Part shown: in pieces, positions 10,068 through 19,267 of the stretch | Layout: the number at the start of each line of letters is the position of its first letter | Position numbering within the stretch: position 1 is the stretch's first letter | Origin: Blastocatellia bacterium | Lineage (GTDB): Bacteria; Acidobacteriota; Blastocatellia; RBC074 | Direction of reading: 5' to 3' | Assembly (NCBI GenBank): GCA_031409955.1 | Contig: JANNYF010000338.1 | Coordinates: forward strand, 592 to 64,591 | Length of the DNA: 64,000 nucleotides | Position numbers and translations under genes: made by a program | Notes under the pieces: generated by a model | Database searches by the model: none | What the model was told of the DNA's origin: nothing | The model's input: the letters and a program-made list of their open reading frames with translations, nothing else

Positions 10068-10988
10068 ATGAATCCGATGGAGTTACAAAATAGCCTGAAC
10101 CGCGCGCTAGAATTTCTGACCACGAGTCAGGAGCAGGATGGCGGCTGGGGCTATGCGCCTGGCAAGCAAAGTTATGCGGAACCGACCTGCTATGCTTTGC
10201 TGGCGTTGACGGAGCGCGTCACCGAAGCGCAATCCGTACGACAGGCGCGCGCGTTGTCGTGGCTCACCGCGCACACGAATCAAATCGGCGCGTTGACGGT
10301 TTCGCATCAACTCCACAGCGCAACCGACCTGAACACCTTCGATAATTGGGGCACGATCTTGGCGGCATTTGCGCTGCAACGATTGGGATTGGGCGCGGAA
10401 TTACGCGAACGGTATTTGAAATACCTGCTGAATTCGCGCGGCAATTTGCTGGATAAAAAAGTCGGACAAGAGTTGAAGCTCAATGCGGAATTGCAAGCCT
10501 GGTCGTGGGCGCGTGGCACCGCCAGTTGGGTCGAACCGACGGCGTACGCGTTGCTGAGTTTGAAGGCCAATGGCCTGCGCGACCACGAACGCGTCAAAGT
10601 CGGTGAAGCCTTTTTATTTGATCGCGCGTGTTATGACGGCGGTTGGAATTATGGCAACAAAGAAGTGCTGAAAGTTGTGCTGGAGCCGATGCCGACGAAC
10701 ACCTGTTTTGCGTTGCTGGCCTTGCAGGACGCGGATCGCCAACACGAAGTCATCACCAAGTCCATCGCGTATCTGGAAAAGGAACTTTCCGAACGGCAAT
10801 CATCGTTGCTGCTGGCGCTTGGCACGTTATGTTTTGATCTTTATGCACGCCCGCTTGATAAGCTATTGGCCGGACTGCTCGCGCGGCAACAGGACAATGG
10901 AAGCTGGCGTGAGAATGTTCACGTGACGGCATTGGCGGCGCTGGCCTTACAAACCGCCGTTCACAAAAAGAATATTTTCAAGCTTTGA
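10068..10988 (+). CDS. Prenyltransferase/squalene-oxidase-repeat (alpha/alpha-toroid) protein
   Basis: Five repeats of the type QDGGWGY...EPTCYALLAL, SWVEPTAYALLSL, DGGWNYG...TNTCFALLAL and QDNGSWRE...TALAALAL. The start was moved to the internal ATG at 10068 so that the gene does not overlap the pilin gene. Confidence 0.55.
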   Translation: MNPMELQNSLNRALEFLTTSQEQDGGWGYAPGKQSYAEPTCYALLALTERVTEAQSVRQARALSWLTAHTNQIGALTVSHQLHSATDLNTFDNWGTILAAFALQRLGLGAELRERYLKYLLNSRGNLLDKKVGQELKLNAELQAWSWARGTASWVEPTAYALLSLKANGLRDHERVKVGEAFLFDRACYDGGWNYGNKEVLKVVLEPMPTNTCFALLALQDADRQHEVITKSIAYLEKELSERQSSLLLALGTLCFDLYARPLDKLLAGLLARQQDNGSWRENVHVTALAALALQTAVHKKNIFKL

Positions 10989-11021
10989 GGATCGGGCTGA
11001 ATTCAATTTCAAATCACCGGA

Positions 11022-12047
11022 ATGTCGTCACAAAAAGAACAACTGAAAGTCTTGCTCACGCGCCGCGATTTTATGCGGGCGGCGGCGATCACGGCGTCCG
11101 GCGTCGCAGGCTTGGGCGCGGCGGCCTGCTCGAAGTTGAGTTTGACCGCGCGCGAGTGGAATCCCTTGGCTTCGGCGGCGCGGGTGACGGTGTTGCACGC
11201 GAGTTCGTATCAGAAAAATCTGAGCGATTTGCTGCGGCAGGGCTTCAAGCATTACAACTTCAACCTGAACGGCAAACGCGTGGTGCTGAAACCCAATTTA
11301 GTCGAATACAATGCCGCGCACACGATCAATACGAACCCGCTGCTCATTGCTGCCGCGATTGATGCCTTCCGCAGCGTGGGCGCGAAAGAAGTGATTGTCG
11401 CCGATGGCCCCGGGCATCAACGCGACACGGAAATGCTGCTCGAATTATCTGGCCTGGATGAAGTCCTGAAAAGCGAGAAAGCCAAGTTCGTAGACCTGAA
11501 CCTCGACAACATTTATCGCGTGCCGACCACGACGCAATTCACGACGATGCAGGAACTGTGGTTGCCGGAAACGATTCTGAATGCCGATCTAGTGGTTTCG
11601 ATGCCGAAGATGAAAACGCATCATTGGGCGGGCGTGACGTTGTCACTGAAAAATTTATTCGGCGTGATTCCGAGCGTGCATTACGGCTGGCCAAAAAACG
11701 TTTTGCATTGGCACGGCATCAACGAATCCATCGCCGACATTGCCACGACTGTCAAGCCGGGCTTCACCATCATTGACGGCATCGAAGGGATGGAAGGCAA
11801 CGGCCCGCTGCACGGCGAAACGGTCAAGTCGCAAGTCATTGTGATGAGCGACAACCTCGCTGCTGCGGACGCCACTGCTACGCGTTTGATGGGGCTTGAT
11901 CCCACGCGCATCGTGCATTTGAACTACATGCGACAACTCGGCGAACCCATTGTCGAACGCCGCATTGCCCAGGTGGGCGAAAGCCTCAGCGCCTACCGCC
12001 GCGAGTTTCGTGTGATTGATGACTTCAAACACCTGAAAGTCGTTTGA
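11022..12047 (+). CDS. TAT-signal periplasmic protein, DUF362-like
   Basis: Twin-arginine motif (TRRDFMRAAAITASGVAGLGAAA) and the VVLKPNLVEY / IVADGPG core that resembles DUF362. The family assignment is from memory and was not searched. Confidence 0.5.
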   Translation: MSSQKEQLKVLLTRRDFMRAAAITASGVAGLGAAACSKLSLTAREWNPLASAARVTVLHASSYQKNLSDLLRQGFKHYNFNLNGKRVVLKPNLVEYNAAHTINTNPLLIAAAIDAFRSVGAKEVIVADGPGHQRDTEMLLELSGLDEVLKSEKAKFVDLNLDNIYRVPTTTQFTTMQELWLPETILNADLVVSMPKMKTHHWAGVTLSLKNLFGVIPSVHYGWPKNVLHWHGINESIADIATTVKPGFTIIDGIEGMEGNGPLHGETVKSQVIVMSDNLAAADATATRLMGLDPTRIVHLNYMRQLGEPIVERRIAQVGESLSAYRREFRVIDDFKHLKVV

Positions 12048-12139
12048 GTCTACAGAGTCTATTGAGTCTGTAGAGTCTATTGAGTCTTGAAGGTCGCGGA
12101 CTCTAAAGACTCTATGGACTCTACAGACTCTACAAACTC
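12048..12139. repeat. Periodic array of four GAGTCT units with a 9-bp period, an 11-bp spacer, then four inverted GACTCT units. It lies upstream of the ABC-2 operon.
   Basis: Read directly: tacagagtctattgagtctgtagagtctattgagtct tgaaggtcgcg gactctaaagactctatggactctacagactctaca. Confidence 0.7.
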
Positions 12140-12163
12140 TTTTTCCCGCCCCTCACTTCCGCT

Positions 12164-12937
12164 ATGAAAATTATTCCGATTGCGCTCAACACATTTCGGG
12201 AATCCGTCCGGGATCGCGTGTTGTACAACTTGATTTTGTTTGTGCTGCTGCTGGTCGGCGCGTCCATTTTTCTGGGCGAGCTTTCGATGTCGCAGGAATC
12301 CAAAATTATCGTAGACATCGGGCTGTATGCGATGCGGTTTTTCGGCGTCCTGATCGCCATCTTCATCGGCATTGGTTTGGTCTACAAGGAAATTGACAAG
12401 CGCACGATTTACAGTTTGCTGGCGAAACCGCTGCAGCGGCACGAATTCATTTTGGGCAAGTATTTTGGGCTGTGCCTGACCTTGTTCGTGAATTCGCTGG
12501 TGATGGCGCTGGGCATTTCGTTGGCCTTGATGTTTGTGAAGCGGGGCGCGGATCCGATGCAGGTCAAAATCTGGCCGACGGCTTATTTGATTTTTCTGGA
12601 ATTGATGGTGATGACGGCGATCAGCCTGTTGTTCTCGTCATTTTCCTCGCCTGCGTTGTCGGCCTTGCTTACGTTCTTTTTATTCATCATCGGCACGTTC
12701 AGCGCAGACTTAAAATTGTTCGCGGCAACGGTTGGTTCAGGCGCAGTGAAAGCGGGCTGCCAGGCGCTGTATTACGTGTTGCCGAATCTGGATAACTTCA
12801 ATTTCATCATGGCAACAGCGCACGGCAACACGCCGCCGCTTCAGATGATTGGCGCGGCAACGCTGTATGCGGCGCTGTATATCTCGGCCTTGCTGGCGGC
12901 AACCGTGATGATTTTTCAGCGGCGGAATTTCAAGTGA
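12164..12937 (+). CDS. ABC-2 family transporter permease
   Basis: Six predicted transmembrane helices and an ABC-2 (NosY/GldF-like) hydropathy pattern. It is 257 aa, and an ATPase lies downstream in the same operon. Confidence 0.65.
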   Translation: MKIIPIALNTFRESVRDRVLYNLILFVLLLVGASIFLGELSMSQESKIIVDIGLYAMRFFGVLIAIFIGIGLVYKEIDKRTIYSLLAKPLQRHEFILGKYFGLCLTLFVNSLVMALGISLALMFVKRGADPMQVKIWPTAYLIFLELMVMTAISLLFSSFSSPALSALLTFFLFIIGTFSADLKLFAATVGSGAVKAGCQALYYVLPNLDNFNFIMATAHGNTPPLQMIGAATLYAALYISALLAATVMIFQRRNFK

Positions 12938-12959
12938 TCTCAAATCGCAAATCTCAAAT

Positions 12960-13880
12960 ATGAAATCTCACTTGTGGATTGCATTCCTGCTTGTTGGTTT
13001 GGGCGCGAGCATTGCGTTGCAACGCTGGATTGACGGGCAACGCGGCGTCAACTCGGCGGTCGAAGACGCGCTCTACATCAACTCCGGCAAAACGCTCAAG
13101 CGTGCGAGTCTAGGCTTTGATGGCTTGCTGGCGGATTTGTATTGGCTGCGCACGATTCAATATTTCGGCAGCAAATCGCAACAACTCAAAGGCGAGATCA
13201 ATATTGGCAACGTCAACGAATGGAAGCTGGACTTGCTGGAATCGCTCATCAACATCACGACGGAACTTGATCCAAACTATGTGTCGGCCTATCGCTTCGG
13301 CTCACTATTTTTGCCGGACATCAATCCTGACAGCGCCGTCAAACTGGCGCAGCGCGGGATTGCAGACAATCCGACGGATTGGCGGTTGCAGCAGGATTTA
13401 GGATTTATCTTCTGGAAGCTCAAACGCTACTCAGAGGCCAGCGCAGCATATTTGCAAGGCAGTCGTTTGCCCGATGCGCCGCAGTGGATGGAGCAGATGG
13501 CGGCGATTATGCGCGCCAATGGGGGCGACCGCGCAACCGCCAAACAAATGTTCTGGCGGATTTACGAAACGACGGACGATCCGACGGTCAAGAAAACCAG
13601 TCTCGGTCGTTTGCAAAGCTATCAGGCCGAAGATGAAGTCGCGTTTCTGCATCGCTTGCTGACAAGTTATCGAGACCAGAAAGGCAGTTGTCCGGCTTCC
13701 TTGTCCAACTTGGTTCGCTCGCTGCAACCGAACGCATTGCAGCAACTCAAACAAGCTGGGATGAGCTTTGACGAAAGTCTTGTGCCGCTTGATCCGCACG
13801 GCTTTGTGTATGCGTTTGACGCGGCGGCTTGTACGGTTGCGTTGGCAACTGATTCGACCATTGTGCGTTGGAGACGATAG
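12960..13880 (+). CDS. Hypothetical membrane-anchored helical protein embedded in the ABC-2 operon
   Basis: One N-terminal transmembrane segment (HLWIAFLLVGLGASIAL). The rest is helix-rich and TPR-like (LADLYWLRTIQYFG..., AYLQGSRLPDAPQWMEQMAAIMRANG). Its stop overlaps the ATPase start. No family was recognised. Confidence 0.45.
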   Translation: MKSHLWIAFLLVGLGASIALQRWIDGQRGVNSAVEDALYINSGKTLKRASLGFDGLLADLYWLRTIQYFGSKSQQLKGEINIGNVNEWKLDLLESLINITTELDPNYVSAYRFGSLFLPDINPDSAVKLAQRGIADNPTDWRLQQDLGFIFWKLKRYSEASAAYLQGSRLPDAPQWMEQMAAIMRANGGDRATAKQMFWRIYETTDDPTVKKTSLGRLQSYQAEDEVAFLHRLLTSYRDQKGSCPASLSNLVRSLQPNALQQLKQAGMSFDESLVPLDPHGFVYAFDAAACTVALATDSTIVRWRR

Positions 13881-13882
13881 TT

Positions 13883-14833
13883 ATGCTCGCTCTTGAAATT
13901 CAGAATTTGACGAAAGATTACACCGTCGGCTTTTGGCGCAAACGCCCGGTGCGCGCGCTCCATGATTTAAGTTTGCAGGTTGGGATGGGGGAATCGTTTG
14001 GCTTCCTTGGCCCGAACGGCGCAGGCAAAACGACGACGCTCAAAATCCTGATGCGCTTGATTTATCCGACGGTTGGCACCGCCCGGATTTTAGGCGCGCC
14101 GCTCGACGATATGCAGATGCGCGCGCGGATTGGCTACTTGCCCGAACAGCCGTATTTTTACGATTACCTGACGGCGCGCGAACTGCTGGTCTACTGCGCA
14201 AAAATCTTCGGCCTCAACAAAGCGGACACGCTGCAACGAACGGACGAATTGCTCAAGCGCGTGGGGTTATTTGAAGCGGCAGACAAACAATTGCGCAAGT
14301 ATTCCAAAGGTATGCTGCAACGCGCGGGTCTGGCGCAGGCGCTCATCAACGATCCTGACGTGTTGTTTTTGGATGAGCCGATGTCGGGGCTTGATCCGCT
14401 GGGACGCCGCGAAGTCCGCGATTTGATTGCCAACCTGCGCGATCAGGGCAAGACCGTGTTTTTCTCGTCGCACGTGCTGTCCGATGTCGAAGCCTTGTGC
14501 GACCGCGTGGCGATTATGAACAATGGCTGTTTGATTGAATCCGGCAAGTTGTCCGACATTCTCAAGAGCCGCACGAATGAATTGGAAGCCATTGTAACCG
14601 GCGTGAATGAGGCGGCCTTGCAGGAAATGCAAACGTTTGCGATGCAGATTACGCCCGCTCCCGAAGGCGCGCACGTGCGGTTGTCGAGCGACAAAGAAAT
14701 CGAACGCGTGCTGAGCATCGTGCATCGCGCGGGCGGACGGTTGGTGTCCATCAATCCCGTGCGCGAATCGCTCGAAGATTTGTTCGTGCGTGAAGTCAGT
14801 GAGAATACACAAGCCAAACAAGCGGCAAGCTAG
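13883..14833 (+). CDS. ABC transporter ATP-binding protein
   Basis: Walker [11 protein letters not shown], a Q-loop, signature YSKGMLQR, Walker B VLFLDEP, and an H-loop SSH. A GGAGA ribosome-binding site precedes the ATG at 13883. Confidence 0.85.
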   Translation: MLALEIQNLTKDYTVGFWRKRPVRALHDLSLQVGMGESFGFLGPNGAGKTTTLKILMRLIYPTVGTARILGAPLDDMQMRARIGYLPEQPYFYDYLTARELLVYCAKIFGLNKADTLQRTDELLKRVGLFEAADKQLRKYSKGMLQRAGLAQALINDPDVLFLDEPMSGLDPLGRREVRDLIANLRDQGKTVFFSSHVLSDVEALCDRVAIMNNGCLIESGKLSDILKSRTNELEAIVTGVNEAALQEMQTFAMQITPAPEGAHVRLSSDKEIERVLSIVHRAGGRLVSINPVRESLEDLFVREVSENTQAKQAAS

Positions 14834-14888
14834 AAGGGATTTCAAATTGTAAATCTAAAATTTGAAATCTCTCCTGGCTTGCCTCCCA

Positions 14889-15692
14889 CTAATTTCTCCG
14901 CAAATACACATTGCCGGAAACCGAAGACAACCGCAGTGTCCGCGTCCCATCACCAACGCGACCGCGAGCAGAACGGCCAGGGCCGAATTCTTTCTTCTCA
15001 ATCGTAATCGGGAAGTCTGTTTCCAACCGCCCGCTCATCGTGGACATGTCAACGTCTGCTCCGACGCTGCCCGGCATTTTCACTTCAACGTTGCCGCTCA
15101 CCGAACCAAACTCCATGCGATTCGCATTCGATCCTTCCAGTCGTTGCAAATCTACGCGGACATTCCCGCTGGTAGATTTCGCCGTGACTGCGCCGGACGC
15201 TTGTTCGACGGTCACTTCACCGCTGACCGAATTTGCCTGAATGGTTCCGGCCACTTCCTTGATATTGACGTTGCCGCTGACCGATTTGGCGCGGAGCGTG
15301 CCCATTGCTTCACTCACTTCGACATCGCCACTGACCGACGAAAACGCATCGTAATCGTAGCTGATCATGCGCGGCACTTTTACTTCAAAGCGCACGCTGG
15401 CGTTGCAATTGCAGTGTTCGGGATAACGCACTTTGACTTCGACGCGGCTGCCGTCACTCAAGTCTTCGACGCTCACCTGATCGCGGTCACGGCCTTCTTT
15501 GTAGCCCGTTACAACGATGGCTTCGCCGTCATAGCCTTTGACGATTACGTCGCCGGAAATGTTTTTGATGCTCACGCGGCTGCCCTGCGCGAGGCGATAG
15601 GATTTCTGAAAGTCCTGCGCCAGTGCGGCGAAGGAAAGGAGGCTCAAACAGAAGCCCAGGAATGTTGCGCGGAAAAGATTTCGGTTCATCAC
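14889..15692 (-). CDS. Secreted DUF4097-family protein (putative adhesin, beta-helix repeats)
   Basis: A signal peptide followed by repeated SGDV/SGNV/SGEV beta-strand motifs (ISGDVIV, VSGDVEV, VSGNVNI, VSGEVTV, TSGNVRV, VSGNVEV, VSGNVYL). Confidence 0.7.
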   Translation of the reverse strand: MMNRNLFRATFLGFCLSLLSFAALAQDFQKSYRLAQGSRVSIKNISGDVIVKGYDGEAIVVTGYKEGRDRDQVSVEDLSDGSRVEVKVRYPEHCNCNASVRFEVKVPRMISYDYDAFSSVSGDVEVSEAMGTLRAKSVSGNVNIKEVAGTIQANSVSGEVTVEQASGAVTAKSTSGNVRVDLQRLEGSNANRMEFGSVSGNVEVKMPGSVGADVDMSTMSGRLETDFPITIEKKEFGPGRSARGRVGDGTRTLRLSSVSGNVYLRRN

Positions 15693-16124
15693 AATTGCTC
15701 CTCAAATTCAAAATGGATGCTGCGGCAGTCTGCCAGCTTGCTGACAGGGCATCATTCATAAGAAGTTCTGCCCAAGAAACCCTGCTTGCTTGCTGGCCGC
15801 GCCGCACATCTGGGTTAGGGGTTCGTTGTTTCACGTCGGGTAAGTGAACGGAGGGCGGAAAAGGTTTCAGAGTTTTTTCGGGACTGCGAAAACTTTCCCA
15901 GCCAGCCCTTTTTGTTTGTGTAAAATCACGCGCTTTCTTTGCTGGCAACGCTCTATTGGCGTTTATTTTGTGCGGCATAGATTTTGCTCAAGAGAAACAA
16001 TGAAGCTGGTGCGAGCAGCAGACGCAGAAATAAGAGCGATTGGTGGAATAATTTCTGCGCTGAAGAAATCCTTTCGCTTCGACCGGAATCTGAGAGCCGC
16101 CTTTACGGCTGATTTTACGGGTAG

Positions 16125-16913
16125 ATGAACATGCGCAATGCAGACAAAATCTTAGTGGTTGATGATGACGCGATGCTGCGCTGGACGTTGACGGAAGCGC
16201 TGCATGAATGGGGCTATGACGTTATCGAAGCAGACACTGCGAGCGCCGGATTGGAGCAATTCGGGCAAATGCAGCCGGGCCTGGTGTTATTGGATATTGG
16301 GTTGCCGGATGGATCAGGGCTGGATCTGTTGCGCGAAATCAAACGCCGCCGCCCGCCTACAGCGGTGATTATGATGACAGGCGAGGTCATCGTCGAAAAT
16401 ACCATTGCGGCGTTGCGGGGCGGTGCCGATGATTTTGTGGCCAAGCCGATTCATCTGGACGAATTGCAATTTGCCCTCAAGCGGGCGTTGAAAAAGCAAC
16501 GACAGCACAAGCCTGTTCTCATGGTGCCGCGTCTTTTGATCGTGACGGATTCGCAGTTGCGCGCCAATCATTTGCTGGTTGCACTGCGCGTCACCGACAT
16601 TGAAATTACAGTGGCGACTACGCCGGATGAATTGCGTCGTGCGACGGAAGAAGAACACGATCTGGCGGTGGTGGATGTCGAAGCGAACGAGTTGCCGGGT
16701 GTCCTGGCGGCCTTGCGCGCCACGGCTTCCCACGCGGAGGTTCCGATTCTCGTGGAAATCAGTCGGGTGGCGCACACGCCGCATCTTTCTGGCGTGATGC
16801 CGCGCTATCGCGCGATGCCGTGCAGCCCTACTGAATTGGTGGTACTGGCCCGTCGCCGCATTGCCGCGATGACAACGGAGAGTGGTACGGTACGAGGAGC
16901 GGTAGCGACTTGA
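16125..16913 (+). CDS. Response regulator with an N-terminal receiver domain and a degenerate second receiver-like domain
   Basis: ILVVDDDAMLRWTL...LLDIGLPDGSG...ADDFVAKP (a canonical REC with its aspartates), followed by a second alpha/beta region (LLIVTDS...DLAVVDVE) that lacks a clear phospho-acceptor context. Confidence 0.7.
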   Translation: MNMRNADKILVVDDDAMLRWTLTEALHEWGYDVIEADTASAGLEQFGQMQPGLVLLDIGLPDGSGLDLLREIKRRRPPTAVIMMTGEVIVENTIAALRGGADDFVAKPIHLDELQFALKRALKKQRQHKPVLMVPRLLIVTDSQLRANHLLVALRVTDIEITVATTPDELRRATEEEHDLAVVDVEANELPGVLAALRATASHAEVPILVEISRVAHTPHLSGVMPRYRAMPCSPTELVVLARRRIAAMTTESGTVRGAVAT

Positions 16914-16959
16914 TCGGCGTTCCACCAACTCGCTACCGCTCGCCGTACTGTACCGATGT

Positions 16960-18864
16960 TCACAGAATCTCGATCAGCAGCTTCAGCAATCTATCGGCGG
17001 TGTAGGGTTTGGCGAGGAAATGGCGGATGCCAAGATCTGCTGCTTCGACCGTCTTGTCGTTGTCAGTGAGACCGCTGCTGGCAATGATCTTGACGTTTGG
17101 GTTGAATTTTTGTAGGGCGCGAATCGTGGCAGGGCCGTCCAGATAAGGCATCATCATATCGGTCAGTACCACCTTGATTTCACTGCCTTGTTGCGCATAG
17201 AGCGCCAGCGCTTCGGTGCCGTCCGAGGCCGTCAACACGCGATAATTAAAGGCTTCGAGCGTTGCTTTCGTCACTTCCCGAATCGCCAGTTCATCATCCA
17301 CCACCAGAATCAATTCGCCATGCCCGGCAGGTAATTCAGGGTTGACGATCTGCGCCTGCTCAATTTGCCCGCCCTCCAAAGCGGGCAGATGAACGCGGAA
17401 TTCCGTGCCTTTGCCGACTTCGCTGTAAACATTGACGAAGCCGCCGTGTCCGCGCACGATGCCTTGCGCGGTGGACAATCCCAATCCCGTGCCTTTGCCC
17501 GTTTCCTTGGTCGTAAAAAATGGATCGAAAATCCGGGTCAGATGTTCTGGCGCAATGCCCACGCCATTGTCGCGGATCGTCAGCAACACGTAACGCCCGG
17601 CCTTTGCTTCCGGGATCATCTGGGCGTAGGTCTCATCAAGAACTTTGTTTTCAGCCTTGATGTGCAACTTGCCGCCGTGGGGCAACGCATCGCGTGCGTT
17701 GATGCAAAGGTTCATCAGCACTTGATGCAATTGCGTGGCATCGCCTGTAATTAGCCACAAATCTTCGGCGATATAAAAACTGATCTCGATAGATTTGGGC
17801 AGCGTTTCTTTCAGGATTTTGACGACTTCTTTGATGAGATGGCGCGGTTGCAAGGCCAGCCGCTCGCCTTCGACGCCTCTGGCAAAGGCGAGAATCTGCT
17901 TGACCATATCCGCGCCGCGTTCTGCGTTGAGGCGCAGCAGATGCAGCATCTTCTGGCTCTGTTCATCCATAAATTTCAGTTGCAGCATTTGTACTGCCAT
18001 CAGCATCGGCGCGAGCAAATTGTTAAGGTCGTGCGCGATGCCACCGGCCAGCGTGCCGATGCTTTCCATTCGTTGGGCGCGCAGGAATTGCGCTTCGAGC
18101 CGCCGTTTTTCGGTGATGTCGCGCAGGATGACAGTGTAAAACTTTTGCCCATTGGCTTCGACTTGCGAGATGGAGGCTTCAATCGGGAACTCTTCGCCGT
18201 TGGCGCGGATGCCGCTGATGGCGCCCAATTTTCCCATCGAACGTTTGGTGACCTGCGTCGCGCCGAATTCTTCAACGTGATGCCGATGCGCGTGGCGAAA
18301 GCGTTCCGGGATCAACCGCTCCAATAATTCGCCCCGCACTGCCGCCGCCGCGTAGCCGAAGATTTTTTCCGCCGCCCGATTGAACAGCACGATCCGCTGC
18401 TCTGCATCCACCGTGATGATGCCGTCCATCGCAGAACCGATGATGCTGGACAAGCGGTGTTCGCTTTGCTGCAAGGCCTGTTCAGAGCGCAGAAATTTTG
18501 TCACGTCGTTGACGATGACCAGGCGTGCGTGATGGTCTTCAAAGGGAATGTCCTTGACGGTCAACTCTACTTCGATCACCTCGCCGTTTTTCTTGCGATG
18601 CCGCCACACGCCCGCGTTCTCCATGTTTGGTCTGGACTGCGTCAGATATTCCAGGAACTTGCCGATGTCTTCTGCCGGGCGAATGTCCGTGATGCTGAGC
18701 GCCAGGAACTCGGGGCGGTTGTAACCGTAGTGCGCGACGGCTGCTTCGTTCACCGCCAGCACCGTCAGCGAATCCAGCGCGTAAATCAACATCGGCATCG
18801 GATGCTCTTCAAACAGCAACCGATAATCCGGCTCAGCGAGATGGGGTGAATTAGACGTGGTCAT
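16960..18864 (-). CDS. Hybrid sensor histidine kinase (PAS, PAS, HisKA, HATPase, REC)
   Basis: Two PAS regions, an H-box [12 protein letters not shown]-boxes DNGVGI and GTGLGLS, and a C-terminal receiver (LILVVDDE...VLTDMMMP...LAKP). The start was set at MTTSNS (ATG at 18864). Confidence 0.8.
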   Translation of the reverse strand: MTTSNSPHLAEPDYRLLFEEHPMPMLIYALDSLTVLAVNEAAVAHYGYNRPEFLALSITDIRPAEDIGKFLEYLTQSRPNMENAGVWRHRKKNGEVIEVELTVKDIPFEDHHARLVIVNDVTKFLRSEQALQQSEHRLSSIIGSAMDGIITVDAEQRIVLFNRAAEKIFGYAAAAVRGELLERLIPERFRHAHRHHVEEFGATQVTKRSMGKLGAISGIRANGEEFPIEASISQVEANGQKFYTVILRDITEKRRLEAQFLRAQRMESIGTLAGGIAHDLNNLLAPMLMAVQMLQLKFMDEQSQKMLHLLRLNAERGADMVKQILAFARGVEGERLALQPRHLIKEVVKILKETLPKSIEISFYIAEDLWLITGDATQLHQVLMNLCINARDALPHGGKLHIKAENKVLDETYAQMIPEAKAGRYVLLTIRDNGVGIAPEHLTRIFDPFFTTKETGKGTGLGLSTAQGIVRGHGGFVNVYSEVGKGTEFRVHLPALEGGQIEQAQIVNPELPAGHGELILVVDDELAIREVTKATLEAFNYRVLTASDGTEALALYAQQGSEIKVVLTDMMMPYLDGPATIRALQKFNPNVKIIASSGLTDNDKTVEAADLGIRHFLAKPYTADRLLKLLIEIL

Positions 18865-19267
18865 CAGGTCTTCTTGCCAAACAGTTGTTGGGAACGAGGC
18901 GACATTGTAGCAGGGGACGCCGCATTGTACGAAGCGGATGGGGTTTCGGGTTTCGGGTCTTGAGTGAATACGTTGCGTAATGAAAATGTAGCCATCCAAT
19001 AATGGCAGAAGAAGCCGGTTATACGGCATCGGGGCTGTTGGCTAAAGGTTAAGACTTTGATGGATTATTCGTCGCACGCTTCACCATTTGCGTTCTCAGT
19101 TCGACGTTTTGGTGTACAATCCCGGTTCCCGAAAACATTACGGCGGCTTGCAACGCTTGCTAAATAAAGCGGTTCCTTGTGCGGTCTGTGCGGCATAGCG
19201 GTTGCGACGCGCGACAGTAGTTATTTGGCAAAATTGACAATGCTCCCTTCAGAACCGGAGAACGATT

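Noticed and set aside
14862-15761. A 299-aa plus-strand ORF.
   Set aside because: It is fully antisense to the well-supported DUF4097 gene. It is rich in Ala, Arg and His, as expected from a GC-skewed opposite frame, and has no recognisable motifs.
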